A stretch of DNA of 63,402 bases, counting the filler, from Lenisia limosa (Eukaryota > Protista > Breviatea): NCBI GenBank assembly GCA_001655205.1. It is 13 parts of 13 records of this genome, joined end to end, with 100 filler letters (N's around TTAATTAATTAA, not from the genome) between each part and the next. Parts side by side here need not be neighbours in the genome. Positions count along the whole stretch, not along the records: positions 46,447 to 48,164 come from LPNZ01006742.1; positions 48,265 to 55,136 come from LPNZ01010097.1; positions 55,237 to 56,559 come from LPNZ01005804.1; positions 56,660 to 59,729 come from LPNZ01008441.1; 9 more parts are not named here. One strand, 5' to 3'. The notes beneath the pieces were generated by a model. That model was not told the DNA's origin. It was given only the letters and a program-made list of their open reading frames with translations, and ran no database searches. Shown here piece after piece: positions 46,470 through 59,829 of this stretch. The translations under genes and the position numbers were made by a program. Every line of letters starts with the position of its first letter. Position 1 is the first letter of the stretch.

Positions 46470-48164
46470 ATACAGGAACGTCATTGAACGGGTCTGTTTT
46501 TGAACAGTCTTTTTCCTTGTCATTCTGCGATGTCAGCATTTCCAATTTAGTAGTTACATGATGGCGGGGGGGGAGTGTGAAATTGGAAAATAGAAACCAC
46601 AACACGTTCATAGAAATAATAAGCAAACGCACAATAAAAACAAAAACAAAACAAAAAACAAAAAAACAAAATAAGTTAAAGCAATACACCTTTCTTTCAT
46701 TACAGATTTGCGGGATAAATGTCCATCAACAAGCACCTACGTGCATTGCACTAGCCCCCTGCCATCCCATTTAGAATTTGTATCCATATTACACCTCAAC
46801 CAACAACAAGGAGGACCTGCGTAAAACATTGAGTGGGGAAACAAAAAGTGAAGATTGATAATGCCATCCCCTGCCCCTGACCCTCACACAGTGAGAGCTT
46901 CACACCCCCCTTCAATAAGCCGGTTGAAGCAAGTGGCCTGTTCTTATGTACACCTTTCAAGAGTGGCTCTCAATTTCCCACACTCAACCAATTTTCACGT
47001 TAATTATCCCTATGTATTTATTTGTTTCCCTAAATTTCTCATGTATGTACTTCTCTTGTTCAAAAATAACCCTACCTTCCCACACATTTATTTTCAAAGT
47101 ACCCCCCCCCCCCCNNNNNNNNNNNNNNNNNNNNNNNNNNNNNNNNNNNNNNNNNNNNNNNNNNNNNNNNNNNNNNNNNNNNNNNNNNNNNNNNNNNNNN
47201 NNNNNNNNNNNNNNNNNNNNNNNNNNNNNNNNNNNNNNNNNNNNNNACAATTTATGAAACAAAAAAAAAAGCAAGTAAATTATCGATAGTTTTCGAGGAT
47301 ATATTGTGAATTCAGTCTTTTATTCGAACAGAAGTGAAGCCCTAAACATTATATATGGGTATCATTGCAAGAGAAAGCTTTTAAATTTTCTGATAACTGC
47401 CTGGAAGAGGCTCGTATTCTGAGGGAAAAAGAAGAGCAGGAAGTTTCTATCGGTCACATAATAATCTGCAGCTCTAAACGCACAGGGACCACGGGTAGAA
47501 ATACCCATAATAATATAGTAAATTGATATCTGACACATATTCTTCTGGAATATGATACCATAATCCCCCCTCCCCCAACATCTTGCGGGACAAGCTTTGG
47601 GTCCCTCTCAGCCGCTATATTGACGAATTGCAGTGAAGTTTGCCACTGAGCAAGATAGGCATTGGCCAAGGCCGTTTTCGCGCCACACTGGGAGCGGTTA
47701 ATCATATGTTGAGATCTGTTCTTTGTGTACAGTCAACCGCTGGATCTCTATCGGCCAAAGCCTTCCACACTATTGTAGTATAAGGACAGAAGCCCTTTTA
47801 ACTTCTTTAAGTTCTTTCCTCCAATCGAAAAAAAACAAAAGTAAAAGCTATAATAATCCAGCTTTTCACAATAACTTTAGTGCGCTGGATTTATCACTTC
47901 TTAATAAATGGAATCAATGGATGTATTACATCCATTGATTCCATTTACGTAATTTTATAAAAGGTGAACTAAAAAACAAAACAAAACAGACAAATATTTT
48001 GATATTCGAATGAAAAAGAAAGCCAACTTTCCATAAAAGAGTTTGGTCACTTCGGACGCGACTGGCACGGGCGCTGCGATGACGCAACATACACGCACGC
48101 GCAAATGCCACAATTCTTGCGCCAGCGTCAGATTTGCGTGAATCTACCTGCGGGGTTGGGGACT
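46470..48164 (-). CDS. Fragment of a hypothetical protein with IQ-like and TPR-like segments
   Basis: AGARIVAFARACMLRHRSARA (IQ-like); CGAKTALANAYLAQWQTSLQFVNIAAERDPKLVPQD (TPR-like helix pair); NDKEKDCSKTDPFNDVP; G-run-marked donors. Confidence 0.4.
47280..47344. mobile_element. MITE family B, right half
   Basis: GTGAATTCAGTCTTTTATTCGAACAGAAGTGAAGCCCTA. Confidence 0.6.
47905..47947. repeat. Perfect 21-bp inverted repeat with a 1-nt spacer
   Basis: TAAATGGAATCAATGGATGTA-T-TACATCCATTGATTCCATTTA. Confidence 0.95.
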
Positions 48165-48519
48165 NNNNNNNNNNNNNNNNNNNNNNNNNNNNNNNNNNNN
48201 NNNNNNNNTTAATTAATTAANNNNNNNNNNNNNNNNNNNNNNNNNNNNNNNNNNNNNNNNNNNNGCATTTTGTCCACTGATCCGCATTTTGTCCACTGAT
48301 CCGCATTTTGACCTATCACATATACTATTTCGAGAGTGTAGCGATCTTTTTTTCCTATCAGAGCCTATATAACCTTATTTGGTATTTACTCCCACATTCA
48401 GCTACAGCATTTGGGGTTATTGTAATGTGAAAGGAAATGATGTTTCTGTGCAATTATAATCGCACCTGTCATAAAAAAATGGTGAATTCCCCGTTTTGTT
48501 ACATTTACAATTTAGTTCT

Positions 48520-51500
48520 GTATCTCTTCGTTGGCACCAGCATTTGGTGCGCAATTTCATCTTATCTCTTCCGTCTATGTCGCTACCAAGCCAAGAAATA
48601 CGCAAGCTACAATCGCCAATCATTTGCGTTTACTATCAGCCTTACCCATGTGTGTAGGGCTTTCTTTGAGATCAAGGAAGTACATGAATTAAAAAAAAAA
48701 AAAAGCTACATACCATGATCAACACAACTTTCGAAAGTGTTATGTTGGAGATTTATTAACTCTTTCAGACGTTCCTAGGGCTAAACATCCAACTCAGGCA
48801 TTTCCTCATGACTGTTGTTGATCCGCTTGTCATTCTCCTAACCATCGGGTTCATAAAGTGAGCAAGGGGTTTAGGTTATTTAATTCTTCACTTATTATCC
48901 TGAAGTGAGCAAGGTTCAAAGATGCTTTCTTTAATTACTATCTTACAACGATTTGAAATTCGGAAATGCAGAATATATCATATGAATCGAATTATCCTAT
49001 TAGGTTTGATTAGAAATACAAAATCCCCATAGTCAGTTACATTATACAGAAGTAAGGGTAATATATAAGAACGAAGGTGTGTCAATAATGTTGTAAATTA
49101 AAAAGTGTGTGTGGGGGAGGGGGGCAATTTGAAATCATTTGAGATGGGCAGTAATGGAGTGGAGCAGGGATGGGAGTCTATCATTTGTTTGTGTTTTTGC
49201 TTTTTTTTTCTTAACCTTGAGATATTTTACTTTTCAGCTGCTTGTCGGTGCTCTATTTCTTTGAAGGTGGAATTGAGTACATGGTTATGTCTGTTGTAGC
49301 TCCCGCGCCCCTTCTTCTTTTGTGAGATGTGATTGTTATTATTTGGACAATTTCTGCCCATATGTAATTTTTACTCCTATTTACATATCAATACGTTTAG
49401 AGTATTCAATATGAGATCCCAGTTTTCTTGATATTCGCAATCACTATTTGGTATGCTCTTATCGTATGCAACATAAAGTATTAACTCCCCCCCCCCCCTT
49501 TGTTTTTTNNNNNNNNNNNNNNNNNNNNNNNNNNNNNNNNNNNNNNNNNNNNNNNNNNNNNNNNNNNNNNNNNNNNNNNNNNNNNNNNTCTCGACAGCTG
49601 TCTTGTGAAGGGAAGTTGGTTTGTTTCAGACATGGAGTTTGCACGACGTTTCTTTGTTAAGACTATCCATCCCAGAGGTAAGGGGGTACTATTGATAGCC
49701 ATTATTGTAGTATTAGCACTTGAGTTAGAAAAACTTCCAAATCACATCCAGTACCATTATAATATATACATCATTTACTAATTGCAGCAGTATTCGTGCC
49801 CTTCTGAAAAGTCCTACATAAAAAAATATATCAGCTATGATAAGATATGTTATGGATACAATTATTATTTTGTGGATTGCTTCAGCCAAGTGTTACTCCT
49901 GGATCGGTTAATGTATTGTATATGTATACACTGTCCAAGGTCTTACCTTCTTCAGTACTATTATTCCTTTGAAACAATATATCGAGCTGTTCTCGTCCTT
50001 TGTATATCACATTTCTCCAATATCCCAAAAAAAGACTGAATTTCTCGATTAATCCTTATTAATAAAATCTATCTTGTTCGATACGTAGGGAAGCCTTAAT
50101 TTTAACGCATTGCAGCGTATCCCTGGAGGGCCGACCCCGAGTCCCCCTTCTTTGACAGGCATCGAGACTTGGTCCTCGTGAGTAGGGTGTATTTTAGGGG
50201 TTCAATTCAGTTCGAAATAAGAATTTTTCAATAAATCCTCGAATATCATCGAGAATTTACCTTCTTTTTTTTTTGAACCGAAGTGAAAGACAAGTATTTT
50301 GTCATCATTTTTGTTTTTTGTTTTGTTGTGCGTATCCTGTCCATTCTCACACTGTTCAGCAGCATACCATCCCTTCAACCCATACTCAACTCTCAATTTT
50401 CCTTTCTAGCTTTAACGTTCAATTCACCTCTCGTCCCCCTAGTCTCATGGCACGGACGTTTTGACCCTCTTCATCACGGTGGTATTCCGTCTTATCGCCC
50501 ACAACATCCTCGCTGTCGCAATCCCCTCATTGTTAGTGCTTTCGTTCGCTCAGACGGCGGGTATGACTCACGCCGTCAACTCTGTCTCCGCTGCAATCTT
50601 CGGGTTCTCGTATGTTGCTCCTGTGACCTCCTTTTTGATTGGTTGGTTTCGGTCTTCATGACACGAGACACTTTCAATATGATTTTTTACTGTCAGATTT
50701 TCGATCTACATTGAAACTCAAAGGAGGATTGTTTTTCTAGTGATAGCTAAGCTAATACCTTACATATTGATATTCATTGATCGTGATTTGACTGAAGATA
50801 AACTCATTATTCGTGTAAGTGCATATCGTCGTCACTGTATATTTTCATCTCATATGTCTGTCGATGGAAACGCTTAACTGCCCCCNNNNNNNNNNNNNNN
50901 NNNNNNNNNNNNNNNNNNNNNNTGGGATCCTCGTTTCGTTAAGGCGCTATTCCACCTGCTTTCATCTGGCCTAGCAGCCTATGTTGTTGTGGCCTGCATA
51001 TCGTGGCCTATCATGGTTTGATGGGATGCACGCTGGATTCTTTACCAATATGTACAGGTAGTTGTATTAGGGTATATTAATATAATGCGAATATCCCAAA
51101 GTGTCTTATTAGCATTATGGTGTGGAAGATGATGTATTCCTCATTGTTTAAGAGAGAGAAAAGCAACTTTTGAATTGATTTACCGAGCTTTATTTTTTAT
51201 TGTTGAAAACAATTATATCTCACATTTGTCACCGTATACACAAATATTGACTCATTCTCTTTTCCAGAAATTTGCTGTTCTTCCTCTGGGGAGGAAGGCG
51301 GGAGATTGGATTGCCAATCGAAGTTTCTTCATTTTTGCGAGTGCAGTTGGCATTGAGGAGCAAACGCGTTTTGAGGAGGGAGGTGAGCTCTGGCTAGGGC
51401 GTCACTTCACAATCCACAATAAATTTACGAATTTACCTGGAAATCCGCGAGAAATATTGAGATTGTCCATACCGGAGGAATCCTAAACTAGGTTCCATTT

Positions 51501-54196
51501 AGTATAGGTGCCAAGAAAACAGTTGTACCCTCCCTACTGCTGAAAAGACTGAAAGTCATATTCACAATTCCACTTTGAGTCACAGTTGTTCTTCTTTATA
51601 TCCTGCTTGTTCCCCTATCATTCACACATGTTCCCCTTTGAATCAGCCCTGCACATGTTCCCCTTTGAATCAGCCCTCACATAACCCCTCAGTGACAATT
51701 GACACATGGCATCATATTGATGACGCCAAAAACGACCCCATCAAAGTCCCAAGGTTGGATCTTGATTAAAGGCTTGCATAGATGTTGGTTTTTGGTGAAG
51801 AATTGGTGTATAAAAAAAACTAGAGATGCCATTAACAATTTTCCTTACACTGTTTTCCTCAAATTACTTTAGACGAACGTCAATACTGCTGTCAGTATTC
51901 CTTCACATCTTCTCCTTCCTCGCTTGTTTCAAAAACTTGATCAAACTAACTGTTTTTGGTAGGGACTGGGGCACAATGACTTTTATTGTTGTCGATGAAG
52001 AAAACCCCTAGCCAACATGCAAGCGAAACTAGCTTGGATGGTGCCTTTAATATCATTATATTGATGTAATTTGATTGAATCTTTCATAATAACCCCGCAT
52101 GGGGGGGTCTAATCCCCAATCTAGGGCTTCACCGATTCGAAAAAGACCGATAAAGTATCGAAAGTTTTTGAGGATTTCGAGAGAAATTCAGCATTTTTTC
52201 GAACCGAAGCTAAGCCCAACCCTTACACATACAGCGGTTGTATCTGCAGCCTTCTTGTACAGTGGCGTGTTTCAGCAGATGGAAAGCTTGGCTTTGGATA
52301 CGATACTAATGGAATCGGAGGTGAGGGGGGGGGGGNNNNNNNNNNNNNNNNNNNNNNNNNNNNNNNNNNNNNNNNNNNNNNNNNNNNNNNNNNNNNNNNN
52401 NNNNNNNNNNNNNNNNNNNNNNNNNNNNNNNNNNNNNNNNNNNNNNNNNNNNNNNNNNNNNNNNNNNNNNNNTTTCATAAATTTTCCAATTTTTACCCCC
52501 CCCCCCCTGTATTTTCACGAATCCTAGCTAACGTGTATTGCGACCGACTTGGAACCTGAGTCACGACGGAATATTATGGCTTATATATTGGCATTGGTAT
52601 GGGGGTGATTGGGTGAATGAATTTCACTTTAATCCAATATCCCTTGTAAGCGTGATGTGGACGGCTTTGATCTGACAAAACCGTATTTTATTCTCATATC
52701 TATACATTACATAGACATAGACATAGTGTACNNNNNNNNNNNNNNNNNNNNNNNNNNNNNNNNNNNNNNNNNNNNNNNNNNNNNNNNNNNNNNTCAACAG
52801 CAAATGATTTCTTCTGACTCTTTCTCCGCGTTTTTCGGTATTTTCGCAGCAGTGGCATCCCAGAACGACCTTTCATCATCAAGCTTTTATTATTCGTCAA
52901 GTGGTGAGGAGGGTGGTTTTGATAGGTTGAACGATGATATGTTTTTTTTTTTGTTGTTGTTGTTTAATAGGAATGTAAGCTGAATAAAGAACATCAGAAC
53001 CAAAGCGACCCCAATATCTTATACTCTTCTAACAGTACTTCAGGAGCTTGTGGTCTGAGAGACGGATATTCTTCACAATCCAAATACCCTCACACTTTTG
53101 TCTTCCCGTACCATTATAGCCTCCCCAATCACCAATCATATAATGGCACCACAGGTGTTTGCGTTGCGTTGGCCTTCTTGCTCAGTATTCTGAAGATTGT
53201 CATGAAGGTGGCCAAAGGGTGAACCTTTTGCTTATATTGTATTTTGAAATAGAAAAGGTATCCTTAATCTTCTTGATTTTCTATTTCAAATAAAACATCA
53301 TCATCACCATCATCATCATCACCACCACCACCACCATCATCATCATAATCATCACCAGCATTATCATCAGCATTATCATTACAATCATTATAATCATCAC
53401 TGCCACCACATCATCACCATCATCATCACCACCACCACCTCCACCATCATTATCAATCATCATCATTACAGAACTCTTCACCGCGTCGCACATTTTACGG
53501 AACATACTTGGCCTCGGTCCCGGCGGCCTTATGCGCAATTATGCCGTCTTTGAGGGATGAAGTAGGAAATTATGGGTTACTGAACCTATTTCATTTAATA
53601 TGGGGTTATTGCTCTTTTCAGTGTTCATATTGTGTTATTGAAGGTTGAAGTACTATTTCGTGCACATATACATGATATTGGGTTATTACTCTCTTCCGTA
53701 TTAATATGGGTTCTCGAAGATTGAAGTTAAAAAATTTTCGCGATTATCTGATGATTTAGGATGACTTTATTTGACTCTTTGATTGATGATTTAGGTTGAG
53801 ACCTTCTTCGGTGTGGAGACTGCCGACTACGTCCCGTACACAGTCATGACAATTGCATTGATAGCCTTGGTGAGGAGGGGGGGGGGGGGNNNNNNNNNNN
53901 NNNNNNNNNNNNNNNNNNNNNNNNNNNNNNNNNNNNNNNNNNNNNNNNNNNNNNNNNNNNNNNNNNNNNNNNNNNNNNNNNAATGACTAAATTTCTCAAT
54001 AAATCTACATGCGCCGTGATGCCCTGGTTTTCTTTTACTCTCTCAGGTGGTCTGCACAATCATCACGTTTCTCCAAGTTCATCGTAACATCCATCGTGAA
54101 ATCCACACCCCTGTCACGACCCTCCTTAATTTCGACTCCACCAGCACCCCCGTGATCTCGGTGGAGGAAGACGATATTGAGTCTTTCTTTGAGTAG
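48520..54196 (+). CDS. Polytopic membrane protein gene(s), multi-exon, family unknown
   Basis: Hydrophobic exons: VLYLFVGTSIWCAISSYLF; TFLGLNIQLRHFLMTVVDPLVILLTIGFI; LTLFITVVFRLIAHNILAVAIPSLLVLSF; LTCIATDLEPESRRNIMAYILAL; VCVALAFLLSILKIV; VETFFGVETADYVPYTVMTIALIAL|VVCTIITFLQVH...EEDDIESFFE*. May be two genes (possible stop at 50661). Confidence 0.5.
50195..50289. mobile_element. MITE family B copy (a second partial copy lies at about 50030-50099)
   Basis: TAGGGGTTCAATTCAGTTCGAAA...ATAAATCCTCGA...TTTTTGAACCGAAGTGAA. Confidence 0.6.
52122..52217. mobile_element. MITE family B copy
   Basis: TAGGGCTTCACCGATTCGAAAAAGAC...GAGAAATTCAGCATTTTTTCGAACCGAAGCTAAGCCC. Confidence 0.7.
53296..53466. repeat. 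Compound (CAT/CAC)n microsatellite in an intron
   Basis: A run of catcatcaccatcatcat...caccaccacc. Confidence 0.9.
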
Positions 54197-55254
54197 TTTA
54201 TGGTTCTCTGGTCCTGGTGGTTTTTTTTTTTTGTTATTTGTTTCTGATTTGAGGACTATATTACCTATTACTTTACCACAATCTTTACTTTGGTCCATAA
54301 ACGATTATTATTAATGTAAAACTGTAAGAATGGCGGATTTTATATAATTTATATTCTTATTTCACATTATATTTAGGTATTTACACATCTTCAGATCCCA
54401 ACCCACTGCATTATTTTCAACACATTTGCAACAAACAACAAATAAGCAAACGGTCATAGGGGCAAAAAAACGGGCCTCCCCCTGAGAACTGCAGAAAAAA
54501 GCGAACACTCCCCACCTTTTCAAGTTCTCGGTACACCCGCCACATGGTAGTGGGGGCTTGATGCAGGTTGGATGCACGGCAACTCCGAGAACTTTTCAAG
54601 GTATTTTTTCCCATCCTTCAGTTAAAAAAGGCAAAAAGTAACACGGGCCGGATCAACCCAGAGTTGCTGGGTAGGATTATTTTTCAAAACTTCCCCGAGC
54701 CGGGCCCTACTAGGGGCATTTCAAAACCATAACTTCTTTTGGACAGAGAAATCCAAAGGGTTCCAACGCCTTCCCCAACTGGACTTGATTTTGACAGTGT
54801 AGAGGTGAAATCATAGTGTTAAGGAAGCGCCACTACCAGTCCTCCTCGAGATCGCCTCTCTTCGTCCTTGTCAAAGGCTGAGCTTCACACATTCGCTACT
54901 TATAGGAGAACAAGCGGTATGGTTCCATGAACACAAAGCGCTTATCTATTCCTTATGTAAGAAGTTGTTTAACTTGTTAACGCATACTTAAGTACAATTT
55001 ATCCTTGTAAGAATGTTGAATTCATCATTGTTTATGCCAATTTATTTATACAAACATGTACATGCACTCTCATCCTAAACCCCTACCTGATAATGAATAT
55101 TTCGATTCCCCTTATGTCCAACTGAGTCCCCCCCCCNNNNNNNNNNNNNNNNNNNNNNNNNNNNNNNNNNNNNNNNNNNNTTAATTAATTAANNNNNNNN
55201 NNNNNNNNNNNNNNNNNNNNNNNNNNNNNNNNNNNNCTTACCTGTGGTCGCAAA

Positions 55255-55322
55255 TAGACTGTATTTCTCGATAAACCCTCGACATGTTTTGTCGGTCTTT
55301 TCGGGACCGTAGGGAAGCCTTA
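55255..55322. mobile_element. MITE family B, partial
   Basis: AGACTGTATTTCTCGATAAACCCTCGA...CGGGACCGTAGGGAAGCCTTA. Confidence 0.55.
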
Positions 55323-55979
55323 ATTAGAGGATATTAGAAAGAAGGGGGGTAGGCTCATTTAAGGAAATGAGTTTTTAAGTGGGTGGGTGGAGGCATTATA
55401 GTATTTAGTATAAAATTTGATATGATTTATATTACCTCTAGTGTAAAGCAGGGTTTCAAATGAGAAAGTTGTCCAAATAAATATTGAAGAATAGGCCTGG
55501 GGCGATTTTTGTTCCTTTTTGTATTGATAGGTCGATTTTGAGAAAATGTGAAAGGCCAACGAGGCGTAAATCATACTCAATATAACGCACAAAAACTGAG
55601 ACANNNNNNNNNNNNNNNNNNNNNNNNNNNNNNNNNNNNNNNNNNNNNNNNNNNNNNNNNNNNNNNNNNNNNNNNNNNNNNNNNNNNNNNNNNNNNNNNN
55701 NNNNNNNNNNNNNNNNNNNNNNNNNNNNNNNNNNNNNNNNNNNNNNNGCTGGTCAAGCGCACCGCAAACCGAAGGATGTTAAACAGCCGAATAGTCCAAC
55801 CCGCGGTGCTCACGGCGGCGGCGGTGATTCATATCGTCGTGTCTGTTTTTATGCTTGATGTCCGTCATGCACATGAGTGTAGGCGTCTTTGGTTTTGCTT
55901 GTGAAACTCCTACCACTCCCAAAACACCTTGAAATCACACAGATTTACATATCATATACTAGTTCGTCTGTTGTACATA

Positions 55980-56026
55980 CACTAACCGGGGAAAGTCTTG
56001 AAGGTCAAGACTTATCCTGGTCTGTG
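55980..56026. mobile_element. MITE family C, internally deleted
   Basis: CACTAACCGGGGAAAGTCTTGA-AG-GTCAAGACTTATCCTGGTC. Confidence 0.55.
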
Positions 56027-57248
56027 ATTTTTCTCGAATAAATATGTTAACACAAACACCCAACCCTAACAGCCACTAGATCACCTACTTACATAATTCT
56101 AAAAATTGACCTCACAGATACGATTATCGCTTTATTGCTCTGCCAGTTCGCTTGTCAGGTTGCGGTTATGACAGTTTGAGGCTGGGAATATAGTGTATAC
56201 TATATCTATCATATAATTACTTTAATATCATATGATAGTCTATGTTCATATATCATTCATATGATATAATAATGTATTTTACTTGTTTACAAAGTATAAT
56301 ATATCATATAATTTTTGATATGTAATATTAAATCGGTCCCCAAGATTATTTCTAAATTCAGATTAGTGGTTAAATCAAAAATCTGTTACTTATTCTTATC
56401 TTCAGATTCTGTGGGCACAAACGGGGTGGGCATGTCTTCGAGCCAGCATGGACGTGGTCAAAACCGGTGCGGGGAGGGAGGGGATATAAATATATTTAGA
56501 ATATGACTACTTAAAGCTTCTCACTTGCTGCTCATACAATATGACTACTTAAAGCTTCTNNNNNNNNNNNNNNNNNNNNNNNNNNNNNNNNNNNNNNNNN
56601 NNNTTAATTAATTAANNNNNNNNNNNNNNNNNNNNNNNNNNNNNNNNNNNNNNNNNNNNCAATTTCAAAAAACTGGGCCCCTTCATATGCACTGGGCCCC
56701 TTCATATTCCCTGACCTATATGTATTATTTTATCTGCATTGTTGGCTATTAGCTTGGTCATTTCTGCCGCTTTCTGTCAATTAAATATCTTCGGATACGA
56801 TAGGGATGCCATAAAAATAACGACCACTCTGAAGACAAGATATCTTTTTTACAATCTATCAATATCGCTGATAAGCGANNNNNNNNNNNNNNNNNNNNNN
56901 NNNNNNNNNNNNNNNNNNNNNNNNNNNNNNNNNNNNNNNNNNNNNNNNNNNNNNNNNNNNNNNNNNNNNNNNNNNNNNNNNNNNNNNNNNNNNNNNNNNN
57001 NNNNNNNNNNNNNNNNAAGCCTCTGAAGCCCTCTGGTAAACTATGGAAAACCCCATGTCTCACTTTTTATCAGCACCCTGTGATATACTATCAGGGCTTG
57101 TGTTCGCACTAGTGTTATATATATCTGTGTTACGCTCACGCAATGCGAACGAGGCTTCATTTCGCTCCAAAACACTGCAATTATCGAAATTAATTCCCTC
57201 CCCCCCTCATTGTACAACATATCTTCAACATTTATCCCTCCCTCCCAG

Positions 57249-58229
57249 GTGGCAGACCGCAGGAATCCTACGGTGGCGGATACGGTGACAGTCACAGTCA
57301 CGACAACAGAGGCCCTCCCCGTCAGAGCTATGTANNNNNNNNNNNNNNNNNNNNNNNNNNNNNNNNNNNNNNNNNNNNNNNNNNNNNNNNNNNNNNNNNN
57401 NNNNNNNNNNNNNNNNNNNNNNNNNNNNNNNNNNNNNNNNNNNNNNNNNNNNNNNNNNNNNNNNNNNNNNNNNNNNNNNNNNNNNNNNNNTTTAGTAATT
57501 ACTAAAACTGGGAACACTCGGTAATCCAATATTTTTAGGAGGGCTTCGGCCATTTCTCATCATGAGAGCTTCACTAATAAAAAGTGTTATGATTTAACGA
57601 AAAGTACAGATATTATCCGGCTCGGAGTGATACTCATCATTCTTTAGGAGAGCCGTGGCCCTCCCCCTCAAAGATACCCCGAATCCCAGAGCTACGACGG
57701 CGGATACCAGCAGGCTGACTCGCGCGGTGCTTCCTATGGCAATGAGCCTCGTGCGGCCTATGGAGGTTGGGGGATTTGTGACTTCTAGTTGATTAACCTT
57801 TTCACATATTCATTCATCCCCCCCCCCCCCCTTNNNNNNNNNNNNNNNNNNNNNNNNNNNNNNNNNNNNNNNNNNNNNNNNNNNNNNNNNNNNNNNNNNN
57901 NNNNNNNNNNNNNNNNNNNNNNNNNNNNNNNNNNNNNNNNNNNNNNNNNNNNNNNNNNNNNNNNNNNNNNNNNNNNNNNNNNNNNNNNNNNNNNNNNNNN
58001 NNNNNNNTTAGCCATGTTTTTGGAGGAGGGGGATGGGTTTACATTAGTGTGTGTGGAAGTGATGAGTTGTTATCCTTTCATTTATAGTTTTTAATCTTCT
58101 CAATCTCACCCCCCTCCATTTCCATTTTCCTTCCTTTTTTATTGTTATTTCTTCGATTTGCTGTCTGACGTTCCCAGAGGATACGGCGGCTCTCAGTCTC
58201 AGAGCTACGGGTCCGGAGGAAGATATTAG
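57249..58229 (+). CDS. 3' end of a protein with a G/Y/S/Q/R-rich low-complexity tail (RNA-binding-protein-like)
   Basis: GGRPQESYGGGYGDSHSHDNRGPPRQSY|ESRGPPPQRYPESQSYDGGYQQADSRGASYGNEPRAAYG|RGYGGSQSQSYGSGGRY*. Confidence 0.7.
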
Positions 58230-58312
58230 ACAAATAGAGAGCTTTGGTTGTGTAATGTATCATATAGTTTTATTATACTTCTATTGATTTCAAATTTGGT
58301 TTGGAGCTCAAC

Positions 58313-58590
58313 TCAAAACGGTTTGGAAATCCAGATTTTCTTCTCTTGCCCGTTAAATGGTGGTATGGCGTCAATCCCCACGTGCAAACGCTCTATATGT
58401 GCATATACAATATTGTTCGTTTACCCAAACCAGTACGTATCGACAAGGGGTTTTCACGAAACCTACATGTACAAAAGTTACATTAACAAATTACTCCACA
58501 ATTCCCCTCAAAACCATAAGAAATCATGCCACACGGCAAACATAGACCTTAAAAAACTTGTTACATTGCGTGGTAGAACTGTGGTTGTCA
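58313..58590 (-). CDS. Possible 3' end of a hypothetical gene
   Basis: In-phase exons LPRNVTSFLRSMFAVWHDFL|WFRENPLSIRTGL|ERLHVGIDAIPPFNGQEKKIWISKPF*. Confidence 0.35.
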
Positions 58591-59402
58591 GTTGATAAAA
58601 AAAAAAACAACAATTAGTAATTGCATCTTCACATTAGCTTGGGGTTATTATGGAAAGTTAGAAATACCCCTAGCAATGAGAAGTAAATAATAAGTATCTG
58701 GCAGAAGCCGTCATCACGCTAAGAGATATTGGATTGTAGTATAATATTAATTCACCCAATCATTCAGCTTTCTGCATAGGTGCGACTATGGGACTATGCG
58801 AATTGTCGGATGCGGGACCGCCCCCCCCCCCCCNNNNNNNNNNNNNNNNNNNNNNNNNNNNNNNNNNNNNNNNNNNNNNNNNNNNNNNNNNNNNNNNNNN
58901 NNNNNNNNNGTTTGCCCGGCAACACCTACGGTCAAGAAGGACCCCCTAAATATGTGACTTGGAGTTATTTTTAACAATAAGAATGATAAATGTTGCGCTT
59001 TGCGATAAAAGACAGTGATTGTATCCCTTTGTATCTATGGATGGATTATTTTTCAAGCAAGATGTGCATCAAAAAAATTTCAAATTCGAGTCTTGCACAA
59101 GTTTGTTCCAAAAAAAAAGGAAATGGTCTCTCCATTTTGGGTGATCTAAACAATTTAATTTATCCTTTGTTCTCTGAATTGATTGTTATTGAAAGGCACA
59201 ATCATCTGAAAAGAGAATGAGGTGCATTGAACATCGAGAAATCAGGAATCTGTCCCATTAAAAGAAAAAATAGCCAATCTTTCCAATCCTGGCTTTCTCT
59301 GAAACAGAGGGTCTTCGTGCTCTTTTGAGCCTTCCTTCACGGGAATGCAATATTTTATTTAATACAACAGTTTTAGGGGGTTCACGCTTCATGTTAGAAA
59401 AA

Positions 59403-59497
59403 GGACTTCACTTCGAATCGGGAAAAGACTGAATTTCTCGATAAATCCTCGAAAACTGATATTTTCCCGATTTTTTTCGAACCGAAGTGAAGCCCTA
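59403..59497. mobile_element. MITE family B, best-preserved copy
   Basis: GGACTTCACTTCGAATCGGGAAAAGACTGAATTTCTCGATAAATCCTCGAAAAC...TTTTTCGAACCGAAGTGAAGCCCTA. Confidence 0.75.
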
Positions 59498-59670
59498 ATT
59501 GAAAAGTATTGACCCCCCTCCCACTCCTCAGTAAACCGAAGAAACTTTGACGAGACCCCAGTTCTCCATGTCGAAATCACCTGGTAAGTGTTACGTCGAA
59601 AGCAGCGAGAATTAAATCAGCAATTGTAATAATAATACATGACTTATTTCAATTATCAGTCTCACCACTA

Positions 59671-59680
59671 TCATCATCAG

Positions 59681-59729
<49 letters not shown>
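59671..59729. repeat. (CAT)n microsatellite at a contig end
   Basis: A near-pure CAT run ending at the N gap. Confidence 0.9.
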
Positions 59730-59829
59730 NNNNNNNNNNNNNNNNNNNNNNNNNNNNNNNNNNNNNNNNNNNNTTAATTAATTAANNNNNNNNNNNNNNN
59801 NNNNNNNNNNNNNNNNNNNNNNNNNNNNN

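Noticed and set aside
53281-53538. ORF encoding poly-Met/Asp/Gly/Val
   Set aside because: It is the translation of an intronic CAT/CAC microsatellite.
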